DNA of 64,000 nucleotides from Obrimoposthia wandeli. Lineage: Eukaryota. A model generated the notes under the pieces. The model saw nothing but the letters and a program-made list of their open reading frames with translations, was not told the DNA's origin and did not search any database. Numbering within the stretch: the first letter of the stretch is position 1; the number at the start of each line of letters is the position of its first letter. The translations under genes and the position numbers were made by a program. Shown here one piece after another: positions 1-8,553 of this stretch. The DNA is taken from contig CDROCS010005463.1 in assembly GCA_977020255.1 (NCBI GenBank), positions 1 through 64,000 on the forward strand, read 5' to 3'.

Positions 1-111
1 CAACAACAACAATGTCAACAACAATAACAACAACAACAACAACAATACCAATCAATTAACAACAACAATCAACAACAACAACAAATAACAACAACAACAA
101 TAACAACAACC
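1..111. repeat. Low-complexity (AAC/AAT)n tract at the window start, probably a degraded contig or read end
   Basis: Imperfect caacaacaac...; on the minus strand it reads GTT/ATT repeats starting exactly where a prepilin hydrophobic helix should be encoded. Confidence 0.8.
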
Positions 112-204
112 CAATTCGACTAGGGTAAACCCTTGCTGCTTAACGAAAGCCTTTGGCGAAGCCGCTAAATTGGCTTTGTAGCTGTTTTTATTAGCGATTG
201 GCAT
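112..204 (-). CDS. mshO: N-terminus of an MshO-like minor pilin (partial; breaks down into the low-complexity tract)
   Basis: Manual translation MPIANKNSYKANLAASPKAFVKQQGFTLVEL shows a class III signal G|FTLVE; its ATG overlaps the mshD TGA (ATGA); position follows mshC-mshD. Confidence 0.65.
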
Positions 205-692
205 CAAGGCGCCCCTGTAAGCGTTTGCTTGTATACAACAAACTGTTGGTCAGTTGCTTGTGGGTGGCTCACTCTAATGCTTACTTTGATTAAAGACTTA
301 GGGGGGAGTGTATGTGCTAACTTGAAATCATTAGCTGCAAAGCGTGTTTCTATCGTAATGTTAAATTCTTCATAGCCAGCAATGATGTTGTTGTTAAAGT
401 CATAAGCTGGGCCTTGATAATCTTTGATTTTCGCAGCGGGTATGCGCTGAGCTTGATTGAGATAAATAGATCCCAATGTAGCAGTTTTACTCTGCCAATA
501 TGGATCTGAACTATGTGAGACAGCATTTGACCACACTGTAATGATGCCTGTCATAGCAATAGCGATTATGGCTATGGTGATGATGGCTTTAGACACGTAG
601 CCGTGTTCAGATGCATTGATTTGTAGCAATACTAGTAGAAACTCGCGCGCCTTGCTGCAAGCTGTTTTCGATAAGATCGCCATTTGCTGCAA
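204..692 (-). CDS. mshD: MshD-like minor pilin; canonical GFTLxE leader missing, true start uncertain
   Basis: IITIAIIAIAMTGII...DPYWQSKTATLG and C-terminal KLIKVSIRVSHP-like segment fit MshD; operon position. Confidence 0.65.
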   Translation of the reverse strand: MQQMAILSKTACSKAREFLLVLLQINASEHGYVSKAIITIAIIAIAMTGIITVWSNAVSHSSDPYWQSKTATLGSIYLNQAQRIPAAKIKDYQGPAYDFNNNIIAGYEEFNITIETRFAANDFKLAHTLPPKSLIKVSIRVSHPQATDQQFVVYKQTLTGAP

Positions 693-1053
693 AAGACAAG
701 GTAATCCCTAAGTCTTCTAGTGGTTGTTCATTTACTAGAATGGCGGTGTTTAGTGTTAAGGTGAACTGTTCAGCACCGAGGCGGTTATCAATAGTAACTT
801 GCCAGTTGGCTGCAGATGTTTTTTTTAATACCAAAGAGGCTGTCGCTGTCATTTCATTCCCCGGTGTTTGAGATTGAGCGATAGCAACTTGCTGGGCTAG
901 CCGTAAATAGGTTTGTATTTTTTTAGCAAAGAGTGATTGCTGGTATAGATCGTTGTCAGGAAAACGAGAAAAAGCGACTGCAGATAAAATACCGATTAGT
1001 AGAATGACCGTAATCAATTCTACTAAGGTGAAGCCGCTTTGTTCATTTTTCAT
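607..1053 (-). CDS. mshC: MshC-like minor pilin
   Basis: QSGFTLVELITVILLIGILSAVAFSRF prepilin motif; LRLAQQVA; position after the major-type pilin. Confidence 0.75.
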   Translation of the reverse strand: MKNEQSGFTLVELITVILLIGILSAVAFSRFPDNDLYQQSLFAKKIQTYLRLAQQVAIAQSQTPGNEMTATASLVLKKTSAANWQVTIDNRLGAEQFTLTLNTAILVNEQPLEDLGITLSFAANGDLIENSLQQGARVSTSIATNQCI

Positions 1054-1071
1054 GTGCTGTACGCTAAACCT

Positions 1072-1554
1072 TTACTTTAAGGTAGGTATCACGAAGCCAG
1101 TGTCTTGAGAGTACTCAATTTTTACATTACCACTGCCATCTTTGTTGTATCTAAACTCGCAAATGGGCTTTTGATAAACCACTTTAAAAGCAGCACCTTC
1201 AGAGGTTGAAACAGTGGGCGCATTGGCCTGTAATACTGCATTCCATACTTCTACACACCCAGCGGAAGAAGATTTAGGGCTAGAGGTGGATACAGGTAAT
1301 TTTTTATTGTTTATATACAATGGGCTGCCATCAAAAGCCATGGTTTTACCCGGTAGTATGTTCTGCGCAATTGCCTGCGCTTTAGCTAAGGCTATACCAG
1401 AGGCAAAACCGCCTGCAGTGCCTTGTACCGTCGCTTTATGTGCATCGGTGGATATGTCAATAAACCTCGGTAGTGCAACGGCTGCTAAGATACCTAACAG
1501 AGCGATAACCACAATTAATTCAATAATTGTAAAACCAGATTGTTGCTTTTTCAT
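1072..1554 (-). CDS. MSHA-family pilin (MshB/MshA type; ATVQGTAGGFASG looks more MshB-like)
   Basis: SGFTIIELIVVIALLGILAAVALPRF prepilin motif; two C-terminal Cys. Confidence 0.8.
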   Translation of the reverse strand: MKKQQSGFTIIELIVVIALLGILAAVALPRFIDISTDAHKATVQGTAGGFASGIALAKAQAIAQNILPGKTMAFDGSPLYINNKKLPVSTSSPKSSSAGCVEVWNAVLQANAPTVSTSEGAAFKVVYQKPICEFRYNKDGSGNVKIEYSQDTGFVIPTLK

Positions 1555-1940
1555 GAGTACATTCCTTTTTATCTATCTCTTGTAAAACCTAAGTTCAACA
1601 CTTGTGTTGTAAAATATTGTATTTGTATCTCGTTGTATTCGGTCGTATGTCATCTTATGTGGTTTTATAAAGTCGCTATAATTTTAATGAGGGTAGTAAG
1701 GAAATCCTAAACTATCAAACCTCAGTTCAGCATCGTTTAGAGGCTGTTGTAAAATTACTGCGCTCGCTCTCTTTACAAGCCCCATTGTGCGGGTAACGGG
1801 TTATAAAAAGCCTTGATCTTAATCAGTTATTGAGCAAATGATATTTATGCAATAACACGCTCTAAGCGTTAAAACGTTACTCAAACTATCTTCAAGCATA
1901 GCTTAAAATTTAGTGTCAAAGAGATGTTAGTTAAATATTT

Positions 1941-3179
1941 TTATCTGTTAACGGCTGAACTCAGTTCCCATAAAGGTAAAAATACACCTAATGCCAAAAT
2001 TAGTACTAGCCCACCAATAATTGAAATGAGAATGGGCTCAATGGCGCTGGCAAGTCCTAGCAGTTTGTACTCTACCTCTTCTTCGTAAAAGTCAGCCACT
2101 TCTGCCAGCATTTCATCAACTCTACCGGTTTCTTCACCCACTGCTAGCATTTGCATAACCAATGGGCTAAACATAGCCGTTCGCTTTGCTGCACTGCTAA
2201 AGCCTTCGCCGCGCTCAATAGCCACTCGCATTTCATCGACTTTTGCGCCAACGTAATCGTTATCAACTGCTTTGGCAACCACGGTTAAGCCTTGCTCTAT
2301 TGGCATACCAGCACTTAAGACTACACTAAAAGTGCGTGCAAATCTTGCCAATACGGCGCGATAGAAAATCCCTCCGACTAACGGTATTTTAAACTTCAAT
2401 CGATCCCAAGTGAATCTACCTGCTGGGCTTTTTTTCCATTTAAAGAATATAAATCCGAGCAGTAAACACAAGACAAGCACGTATGGCCAATAGGCGATGC
2501 TGAAATCAGAAATGTTTATCAATAAAACAGTTTGCCAGGGGAGCTGGCCCCCGATAGCATCAAACACATCTTTAAAGCTGGGAATGACAAACAAATTGAT
2601 GATGGTAATAAACACAGCAATGGCAGAAAAAACAAACAGAGGGTAGCGAGTCGCTTGTTTAAGGTTACGAATGGTTTGTCTTTCAAGATTTAAGTAACTG
2701 GCCATTTGGCTAAAAGAGTCGTCTATTCGCCCGGTATTTTCACCCACACGAATCATACTGATGTACAAATCAGAGAAAAGTTTAGGGTATTTGGCGATCG
2801 CATTTGAGAGCTCTTGGCCTTTTTCTAGATTATCTGCAACGCCTGTAAGGTTTAGTGAGATTAAATTATTTTTGACGGTGTCGGCAAGGCCCCTTAAGGC
2901 CGCAATAATTGGTACGCCTGCGCGGGTCAAGCTGGCAAGTTGCCTTGAAAGCATAATAACTTCATCAAGTGATGCTTTTTCAAGAAAATTAAAATTTACC
3001 TGATTACCTTTTTTAGCGTGCTTGCTTTTAGTCTCTGTTTTTTTTAACGCCTCAATACGCACCGGAATAATAGACTTTAGCTCTAATTGAGCCACCACCT
3101 CTGTACGACCAATCGCCTCTATCGTGCCGTTAGCCTGAGATCCATCTATGTGTCTTCCTGTGTAGGCGTATAAAGGCAT
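1941..3179 (-). CDS. mshG: MSHA inner-membrane platform protein (T2SSF/PilC family)
   Basis: QLASLTRAGVPI, GENTGRID and GEETGRVDEML T2SSF repeats; directly follows mshE. Confidence 0.92.
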   Translation of the reverse strand: MPLYAYTGRHIDGSQANGTIEAIGRTEVVAQLELKSIIPVRIEALKKTETKSKHAKKGNQVNFNFLEKASLDEVIMLSRQLASLTRAGVPIIAALRGLADTVKNNLISLNLTGVADNLEKGQELSNAIAKYPKLFSDLYISMIRVGENTGRIDDSFSQMASYLNLERQTIRNLKQATRYPLFVFSAIAVFITIINLFVIPSFKDVFDAIGGQLPWQTVLLINISDFSIAYWPYVLVLCLLLGFIFFKWKKSPAGRFTWDRLKFKIPLVGGIFYRAVLARFARTFSVVLSAGMPIEQGLTVVAKAVDNDYVGAKVDEMRVAIERGEGFSSAAKRTAMFSPLVMQMLAVGEETGRVDEMLAEVADFYEEEVEYKLLGLASAIEPILISIIGGLVLILALGVFLPLWELSSAVNR

Positions 3180-4934
3180 TTACGCAGTTCCTTCAGAGAG
3201 TGTAGATGGGCTACTGGCGGGTTCTATTATGTCTTCCAATTGCTCGGTTACCCTAAAGACTTCTTCTAAGCTGGTGATTCCATCAGCTGCTTTTTCTAAT
3301 GCGCTAAGCACCAGAGGTTGGTAGCTTTCACTGATTCTGGTTGCTTTAGCGAAGGTGCTGCTGTCGTTATTACGTAGCGCATCAGCCATATCTTCATTCA
3401 CTTCTAGTAATTCAAAAATCCCCACTCGGCCTATATAACCGGTGTTGTTGCAGCTTGTACAGCCGCCGCCTTGCTTAAAGCCAGTACAGGATAATTCTGT
3501 ATTCTGGCATTTTATATTTAACCAGGCTTGCTCTTGAGGAGTGGGTTGGTAGTCTGTTTTGCAATGCTGGCATATTTTTCTGACAAGGCGTTGTGCTAAT
3601 ACTGCGCGCAAGGCAGTGGCGACTATGTAGCCTTCGATGCCAATATCAATTAGGCGCATAGCACTAGAAATAGCATCGTTTGTATGCAAGCTCGAAAGTA
3701 CAAAGTGGCCAGTCATGGAGGCGCGCAGTGCTATTTCTGCTGTTTCTTGATCGCGAATCTCGCCAACAAGCAGTATGTCGGGATCTTGGCGTAAGCACGA
3801 TCTCAGTACTGTCGCAAAATCTAAACCAATCTTAGGGTGCACTTGGATTTGGTTTATTCTTGGCAGGCGATACTCAACCGGATCTTCAACGGTAAGTATT
3901 TTCTTTTCAGCAACGTTTAGTGCATTAAGCGCGCCATAAAGCGTGGTGGTCTTGCCGCTGCCAGTAGGGCCTGTGACCAGTAATAAACCGTTCGGTTCTT
4001 TGATTAGTTTACCTATTCGCAAACGCATTTTATCTGGGAGGCCAATACTGTCTAATTCTATTAGGCCATCCGTTTGGTCTAATAAACGCATCACTACAGA
4101 TTCGCCATTTTGAATCGGCATAGTCGACATACGCACGTCAATGCTATGGCCTTTGACGGTAATATTAAAGCGGCCGTCTTGTGGTAGGCGCTTTTCTGAA
4201 ATATTTAGCTCCGCCATTAATTTGAGGCGTAAAATTAAAGCGGGAGCTATGCGCGCATCTTTCATTACGTGCTCTTGCAGTAAGCCATCGACACGTTGTC
4301 TGATGCGCAGCACGCTTTCGTCAGGTTCTATATGTATATCAGATGCGCCGACAGAGACGGCATCTTCAAAAATACTTTTTAATAACCTTACGACCGGAAT
4401 ATCAGCATCGTCGGTTTCGGATAATTTAACGGAATCAAAGGTATCTTCGACAATTTCGTCGCTTAATTGATCCGCCCAATCGTCAATATCGCTGGTGCGA
4501 CGATACATATGATCTAATGTGCTTAACAATTGGCTATCAGGAACAACAGCAAGCTCTATTGGCTTTGGGAGTAAGCGCTGTATCTCGTCATAGGCAGATA
4601 TATCTAAAGGGTCTGTCATGCCTATCAAGAAAAAATCGGGCTCTTCTTTTAAAACTACGCAGCGAAAACGGCGCGCATGCGTTTCGGATAATTTTAGTAC
4701 ATCATTATGATTAAAGTTATATCGAGAGAGGTCTACCATAGGTATTTTTAACTGTTGCGCTAAAAAGTTAAGAAATTTTTCTTCCTTTACGTAGCCTAAT
4801 ACAACGAGTGCTTTACCTAGTTTTTGGCGAGTTTCTTTTTGACGGGCAAGCGCAGACATAAGCTGCTCTTCAGTTATAACGCCATTTTGCACCAGTAAAT
4901 CACCGATTCTGATTTTCATTTTCGGTGCTGCCAT
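3180..4934 (-). CDS. mshE: MSHA extension ATPase with N-terminal MshEN c-di-GMP-binding domain
   Basis: RIGDLLVQNGVITEEQLMSALARQ plus KLGKALVVLGYV MshEN motifs; Walker A GPTGSGKTT; LRQDPD; CxxC...CxxC. Confidence 0.95.
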   Translation of the reverse strand: MAAPKMKIRIGDLLVQNGVITEEQLMSALARQKETRQKLGKALVVLGYVKEEKFLNFLAQQLKIPMVDLSRYNFNHNDVLKLSETHARRFRCVVLKEEPDFFLIGMTDPLDISAYDEIQRLLPKPIELAVVPDSQLLSTLDHMYRRTSDIDDWADQLSDEIVEDTFDSVKLSETDDADIPVVRLLKSIFEDAVSVGASDIHIEPDESVLRIRQRVDGLLQEHVMKDARIAPALILRLKLMAELNISEKRLPQDGRFNITVKGHSIDVRMSTMPIQNGESVVMRLLDQTDGLIELDSIGLPDKMRLRIGKLIKEPNGLLLVTGPTGSGKTTTLYGALNALNVAEKKILTVEDPVEYRLPRINQIQVHPKIGLDFATVLRSCLRQDPDILLVGEIRDQETAEIALRASMTGHFVLSSLHTNDAISSAMRLIDIGIEGYIVATALRAVLAQRLVRKICQHCKTDYQPTPQEQAWLNIKCQNTELSCTGFKQGGGCTSCNNTGYIGRVGIFELLEVNEDMADALRNNDSSTFAKATRISESYQPLVLSALEKAADGITSLEEVFRVTEQLEDIIEPASSPSTLSEGTA

Positions 4935-5017
4935 TGACCTTCCTCTTTAACGATTAACTTGGATGTGTTACCAAAATTATTGTGTTTATCTAGATGTTTA
5001 TATGTTGCGCTGAATGT

Positions 5018-5650
5018 CTATTCTTTTGCTGAAAACAAATGGAAACGTATAATCATTGAAACAGTCTCTGCTCTTAGTGCTTGATACTCAAGGCTATCCC
5101 AAAAAATGGAAATAGGCAGTGATTCTAAAAACTGCAAATAGAGCATTAACGAGACGCGATCAGCTTGTACATTCAGCGTTATATTTTGCTTCACTAAAAA
5201 GATATCTGCTATATCGAGCTGCTCGTCATCTGTTGTAAACGGAGATGCATTTACTTGAAAGCTCTCAATTTTAATTAGCGATGCAGAATTAAGTATCTTC
5301 GTGAGGTAATGAGTCAGTTCACTTGCCGATAGCACACTAATACTTTGAGAGCTCAGCTGTTCTTGCAAAGCGTTGCGCTGTGACTCTAACGCTTTTACTT
5401 CTTTTTCCGCTGAAACTTGAGGATCCAATGCGAGAGACTGTTGCAGTTGCTGGTTTTGTCGTTGCAATTTTCCGCTCAAATTTTGAGTGTTTGTGTATTG
5501 GCTCTGTTGCTTTTGTAGTGCTTTATATTGCGGCTCGATCAATAATAGCAGCACAATTACACTGCTAAAGATCACGGTCGTCAATAAAATCAGTAGCTTT
5601 TCTCGGTGGCTTAATTGCTCGTACTTATGTGATAGCACAGATAGCTTCAT
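5018..5650 (-). CDS. mshJ: MshJ/PilO-like alignment protein
   Basis: N-terminal LSHREKLLI plus TM, coiled coil, C-terminal LESLPISIFWDSLEY. Confidence 0.75.
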   Translation of the reverse strand: MKLSVLSHKYEQLSHREKLLILLTTVIFSSVIVLLLLIEPQYKALQKQQSQYTNTQNLSGKLQRQNQQLQQSLALDPQVSAEKEVKALESQRNALQEQLSSQSISVLSASELTHYLTKILNSASLIKIESFQVNASPFTTDDEQLDIADIFLVKQNITLNVQADRVSLMLYLQFLESLPISIFWDSLEYQALRAETVSMIIRFHLFSAKE

Positions 5651-5652
5651 TT

Positions 5653-6246
5653 TTAATTACCCCTTCTTTCAGATAGGAGTTCAAACGAATGATTATCACC
5701 GCCATGTTGAACATTTATGCTAGAGATTTTTTGGTTATGTAGAAGGTTGTTACCACGTAGGTTATCGATTAGTTTCGGTACATCTTCTACTTTTGCGACA
5801 CTTCCTTTTAAGGATATTAAGCTTTGATTTGGGCCTACTTTAAAATGCTGGATCTGTGATTTTTCAGGCATGCTGATACGAATCGAATCGACCAAATTTA
5901 AAAAGCCAGTTGTTCTTGTTAGATCAGATTGACGGGTAATATCTACCATCTGCTGCATTGCCCGTGTTTGCTGTTGCAATTCAAAGCGTTGGTTATTTAG
6001 TTTGTAAGGTGTTTTGCGTTTTTCAAGCTGTGCAGTGAGTGCCACTAATGTTGCTTGGGTGCTTAAATTGTCATTTAATTGCTGTGCATTTAATTGCTTA
6101 ATTTGAGCGCCCTGCCACCAGAGCCCACTCCCTGTCGCAAGCAAGGCAACCACGATCAAAGTAAGGACGGTTAAAACATGGTTAAATGCTAGCCAATTAC
6201 GGACAACTTTGGGTTTAAGCGGTAATAAATTTATCGTCTGTTTCAT
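5653..6246 (-). CDS. PilN-like MSHA biogenesis protein (MshI1)
   Basis: MKQTINLL start, TM helix, coiled coil, ferredoxin-like C-terminus; between mshI and mshJ. Confidence 0.7.
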   Translation of the reverse strand: MKQTINLLPLKPKVVRNWLAFNHVLTVLTLIVVALLATGSGLWWQGAQIKQLNAQQLNDNLSTQATLVALTAQLEKRKTPYKLNNQRFELQQQTRAMQQMVDITRQSDLTRTTGFLNLVDSIRISMPEKSQIQHFKVGPNQSLISLKGSVAKVEDVPKLIDNLRGNNLLHNQKISSINVQHGGDNHSFELLSERRGN

Positions 6247-7250
6247 TTATTTACCTTGTTTTCTAAACGCAATGCACCTGAAATGGCAACCAAGCAGTGT
6301 TGTTGCGTCTCAATAGAGATATTGCTGTCAGATGTGATTAGCTCATTAATATCAAAAGTAGCTACCTCAACGCCAATGTTATTTAAAAGCGTTGCCATCA
6401 TGGCGGTATCTTGACTTTGCTGTGGAAGAACAATTACTTTTTGACAAGGGGGTTTGCCTATTTGGCTCTCGTAGTAATCCATAGAGCGTTGTAAATCGAG
6501 TACAACCGCTTCCATTCGGTCCAAATAATTATATTGAAGGGTGCGCGCTAAATACATTTTACCTTCAGACATAAGCATCAATAAGCTTTGCTCTGGCTCT
6601 AAGAAGAGTATTGAGGTGCCTACAATATCGGGGCATAAATCAGCGGCTATGTGTAACAGAGCAGTTTCGGGTATTTCAACCGTGATTGGTTTTAGACCTA
6701 GCTCTTCTGCCCAAGCAACCTTCTGCTTTACTTTGTTTTTATCGGCGACGACTGCGTATATCTTGCGCCCTTGATGCATTTGGCTGTCAGCAGGCAGCTC
6801 TAGATAATCGATTTGTGCATTGTCGATATCAAAATTGACTAAATCTTTTACCTTCCACCATAGCGCATCGCAAATCTCAGATTTATCAACTTGAGGCGCA
6901 TCTGTAAGCAGTAAGTGATACTCTTCTGGCGACAATACTAACGAGCAGTTCGAATCTTCTAATTTGTGTTCTTGAATAAAATCTTCAAGTAAATCAGGCG
7001 TATCAGAAAGAGACAGTGCACTAAAAAATTGGCAATGTTGCAACTGTAATTTAGTACCTACTAGTTTACTGACGGCAATAGAAATACCTTCCTCACCTTT
7101 GCGTAAGCAGATTCTGCCTGTATCTTTTTTATTTTTTTTACTCAGCGGTAACAAGTATATTTTCCTTACATTTAGATCTGTAAAAAACCGATATAATATA
7201 TTTAGTGATTTAACCATACTGATACTAACTAATTGATCTTTATTTTGCAT
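6243..7250 (-). CDS. mshI: MshI/PilM-like protein (start uncertain)
   Basis: YHLLLTDAPQV...ALWWKVKDL, IEIPETAL, LDLQRSMDYYESQ. Confidence 0.85.
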   Translation of the reverse strand: MQNKDQLVSISMVKSLNILYRFFTDLNVRKIYLLPLSKKNKKDTGRICLRKGEEGISIAVSKLVGTKLQLQHCQFFSALSLSDTPDLLEDFIQEHKLEDSNCSLVLSPEEYHLLLTDAPQVDKSEICDALWWKVKDLVNFDIDNAQIDYLELPADSQMHQGRKIYAVVADKNKVKQKVAWAEELGLKPITVEIPETALLHIAADLCPDIVGTSILFLEPEQSLLMLMSEGKMYLARTLQYNYLDRMEAVVLDLQRSMDYYESQIGKPPCQKVIVLPQQSQDTAMMATLLNNIGVEVATFDINELITSDSNISIETQQHCLVAISGALRLENKVNK

Positions 7251-7328
7251 TAAGAGCTGCGATAACTATAGCTTATAACGAAAATATTGAAGTCTAATAT
7301 CTTTTTTTAATTTAAATTAATTTATAGC

Positions 7329-7357
7329 TTGACTGAAATCTCTCTTCATTGTTTAAT
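7329..7357 (+). promoter_or_regulatory. sigma70 promoter of tRNA-Phe
   Basis: TTGACT-17 bp-TTTAAT followed by GC-rich discriminator ACGCGCC. Confidence 0.75.
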
Positions 7358-7379
7358 ACGCGCCGAGTTTGCAAGTAAT

Positions 7380-7455
7380 GCCCGGATAGCTCAGTCGGTA
7401 GAGCAGAGGATTGAAAATCCTCGTGTCGGTGGTTCGATTCCGCCTCCGGGCACCA
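7380..7455 (+). tRNA. tRNA-Phe (GAA)
   Basis: GCCCGGATAGCTCAGTCGGTAGAGCAGAGGATTGAAAATCCTCGTGTCGGTGGTTCGATTCCGCCTCCGGGCACCA: 76 nt cloverleaf, anticodon GAA, encoded CCA. Confidence 0.98.
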
Positions 7456-7691
7456 TCTTGCAATCAACTAAGCCTAGCCTTTCTTTATTAAAAGAGCGCT
7501 GGGCTTTTTTGTGCCTGAATGAAAACATCCACGAACTGCGCTCGCTCAACAAACACATCCCTGTTTTCCCCCTACGAGTAGTTTTCGCTGCGCAAACAAC
7601 TCTCTACTGTTTAATCCGTCTTTAGGCGCTATCTTGCAGTCAATTAAGTCTAGTCTTTCTTTATTAAAGCGCGTTGGAATTTTTTGTGTCT
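7455..7691 (+). repeat. Imperfect direct repeat of the tRNA 3' flank (7455-7516 and 7631-7691)
   Basis: atcttgca(a/g)tcaa(c/t)taag(c/t)ctag(c/t)ctttctttattaaa...ttttttgtg(c/t)ct; period 176 bp. Confidence 0.9.
7470..7510 (+). terminator. Intrinsic terminator after tRNA-Phe
   Basis: AAGCCTAGC...GCTGGGCTT stem followed by T tract. Confidence 0.7.
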
Positions 7692-8020
7692 ATTATCAAA
7701 TACAGTGTTTTAAATGATCCTTGGCACATATTGGTTGATGTTTAGCTCTGTATATCAAGCTTGTATTTAAAAATCCTTTTAACAGAGGGAGTTAGGCGTT
7801 TCTTAAATCACTAAGATAGGAGTTTTGCGATTGCCAAATCATAGCGAATAGGTATGTCGATAGCTATGCGAAAAACTCTGGTTAATCTAAGTTTGGAGTC
7901 ACGCATTCATATTTAAACACTACATAATCAGAAATTTGAACTAAGATTTGTGTAGTGCAATGATTATTAAATTCCTATCATGCAAAAATATTGGAAAGTG
8001 TTTTTATTTAAGGGACTCGC

Positions 8021-8551
8021 ATGAAGCCAAATATTAAACCACTAAACGAAGAAATTAAACTGCAAGCTGAAGAGTTTATTGTCAGTAAAACTGACACTAA
8101 AGGGCGAATTACCTACGCGAATCGCATCTTTATGAAAATAGCCGGTTATCCTGAAAATGAATTATTAGGTATTCAGCACAATATTATACGACACCCTGAT
8201 ATGCCCAGAGGAGTGTTCCAGTTTGTTTGGAGCGAACTACAAGCGGGTAATGAGTTTTTTGGTTATGTAAAAAACTTATCCGCAGATGGTCGTTACTATT
8301 GGGTATTTGCCAATATTACTCCCGATTTTGATGCCTTAGGTAAATTGATAGGCTATTACTCAGTAAGGCGAAGGCCTACTCAGCAGGCTATTGAAACAAT
8401 AGAGCCTGTTTATCAAAAAATGTTGGCCATTGAAAAAGCAAGTAAAACTTCTGAAGCGTGTGGTAAATCCATTGATTATTTACTCAGTGTATTGCAGGAG
8501 CTAAACGTAGGTTATGAAGAGCTAGTGCTCAGTTTAGACAAAGAGGTATAG
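8021..8551 (+). CDS. Stand-alone Aer-type PAS sensor protein (CetB-like)
   Basis: [33 protein letters not shown] are Aer FAD-PAS motifs. Confidence 0.85.
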   Translation: MKPNIKPLNEEIKLQAEEFIVSKTDTKGRITYANRIFMKIAGYPENELLGIQHNIIRHPDMPRGVFQFVWSELQAGNEFFGYVKNLSADGRYYWVFANITPDFDALGKLIGYYSVRRRPTQQAIETIEPVYQKMLAIEKASKTSEACGKSIDYLLSVLQELNVGYEELVLSLDKEV

Positions 8552-8553
8552 AG

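Noticed and set aside
607-609. Selenocysteine or readthrough at the MshC TGA
   Set aside because: Readthrough adds only five codons before TAA, and no SECIS-like hairpin is evident
1214-1585. Antisense ORFs over the pilin and many other genes (e.g. 8994-9500, 25219-25584, 44426-44959, 49822-50379, 50455-50883)
   Set aside because: Shadow frames of well-supported genes on the opposite strand, with no motifs or RBS
7329-7625. 98-aa ORF on the plus strand
   Set aside because: It runs through tRNA-Phe and its terminator; spurious
7721-7740. sigma54 promoter upstream of the PAS gene (TTGGCAC)
   Set aside because: No GC at the -12 position with 10-bp spacing
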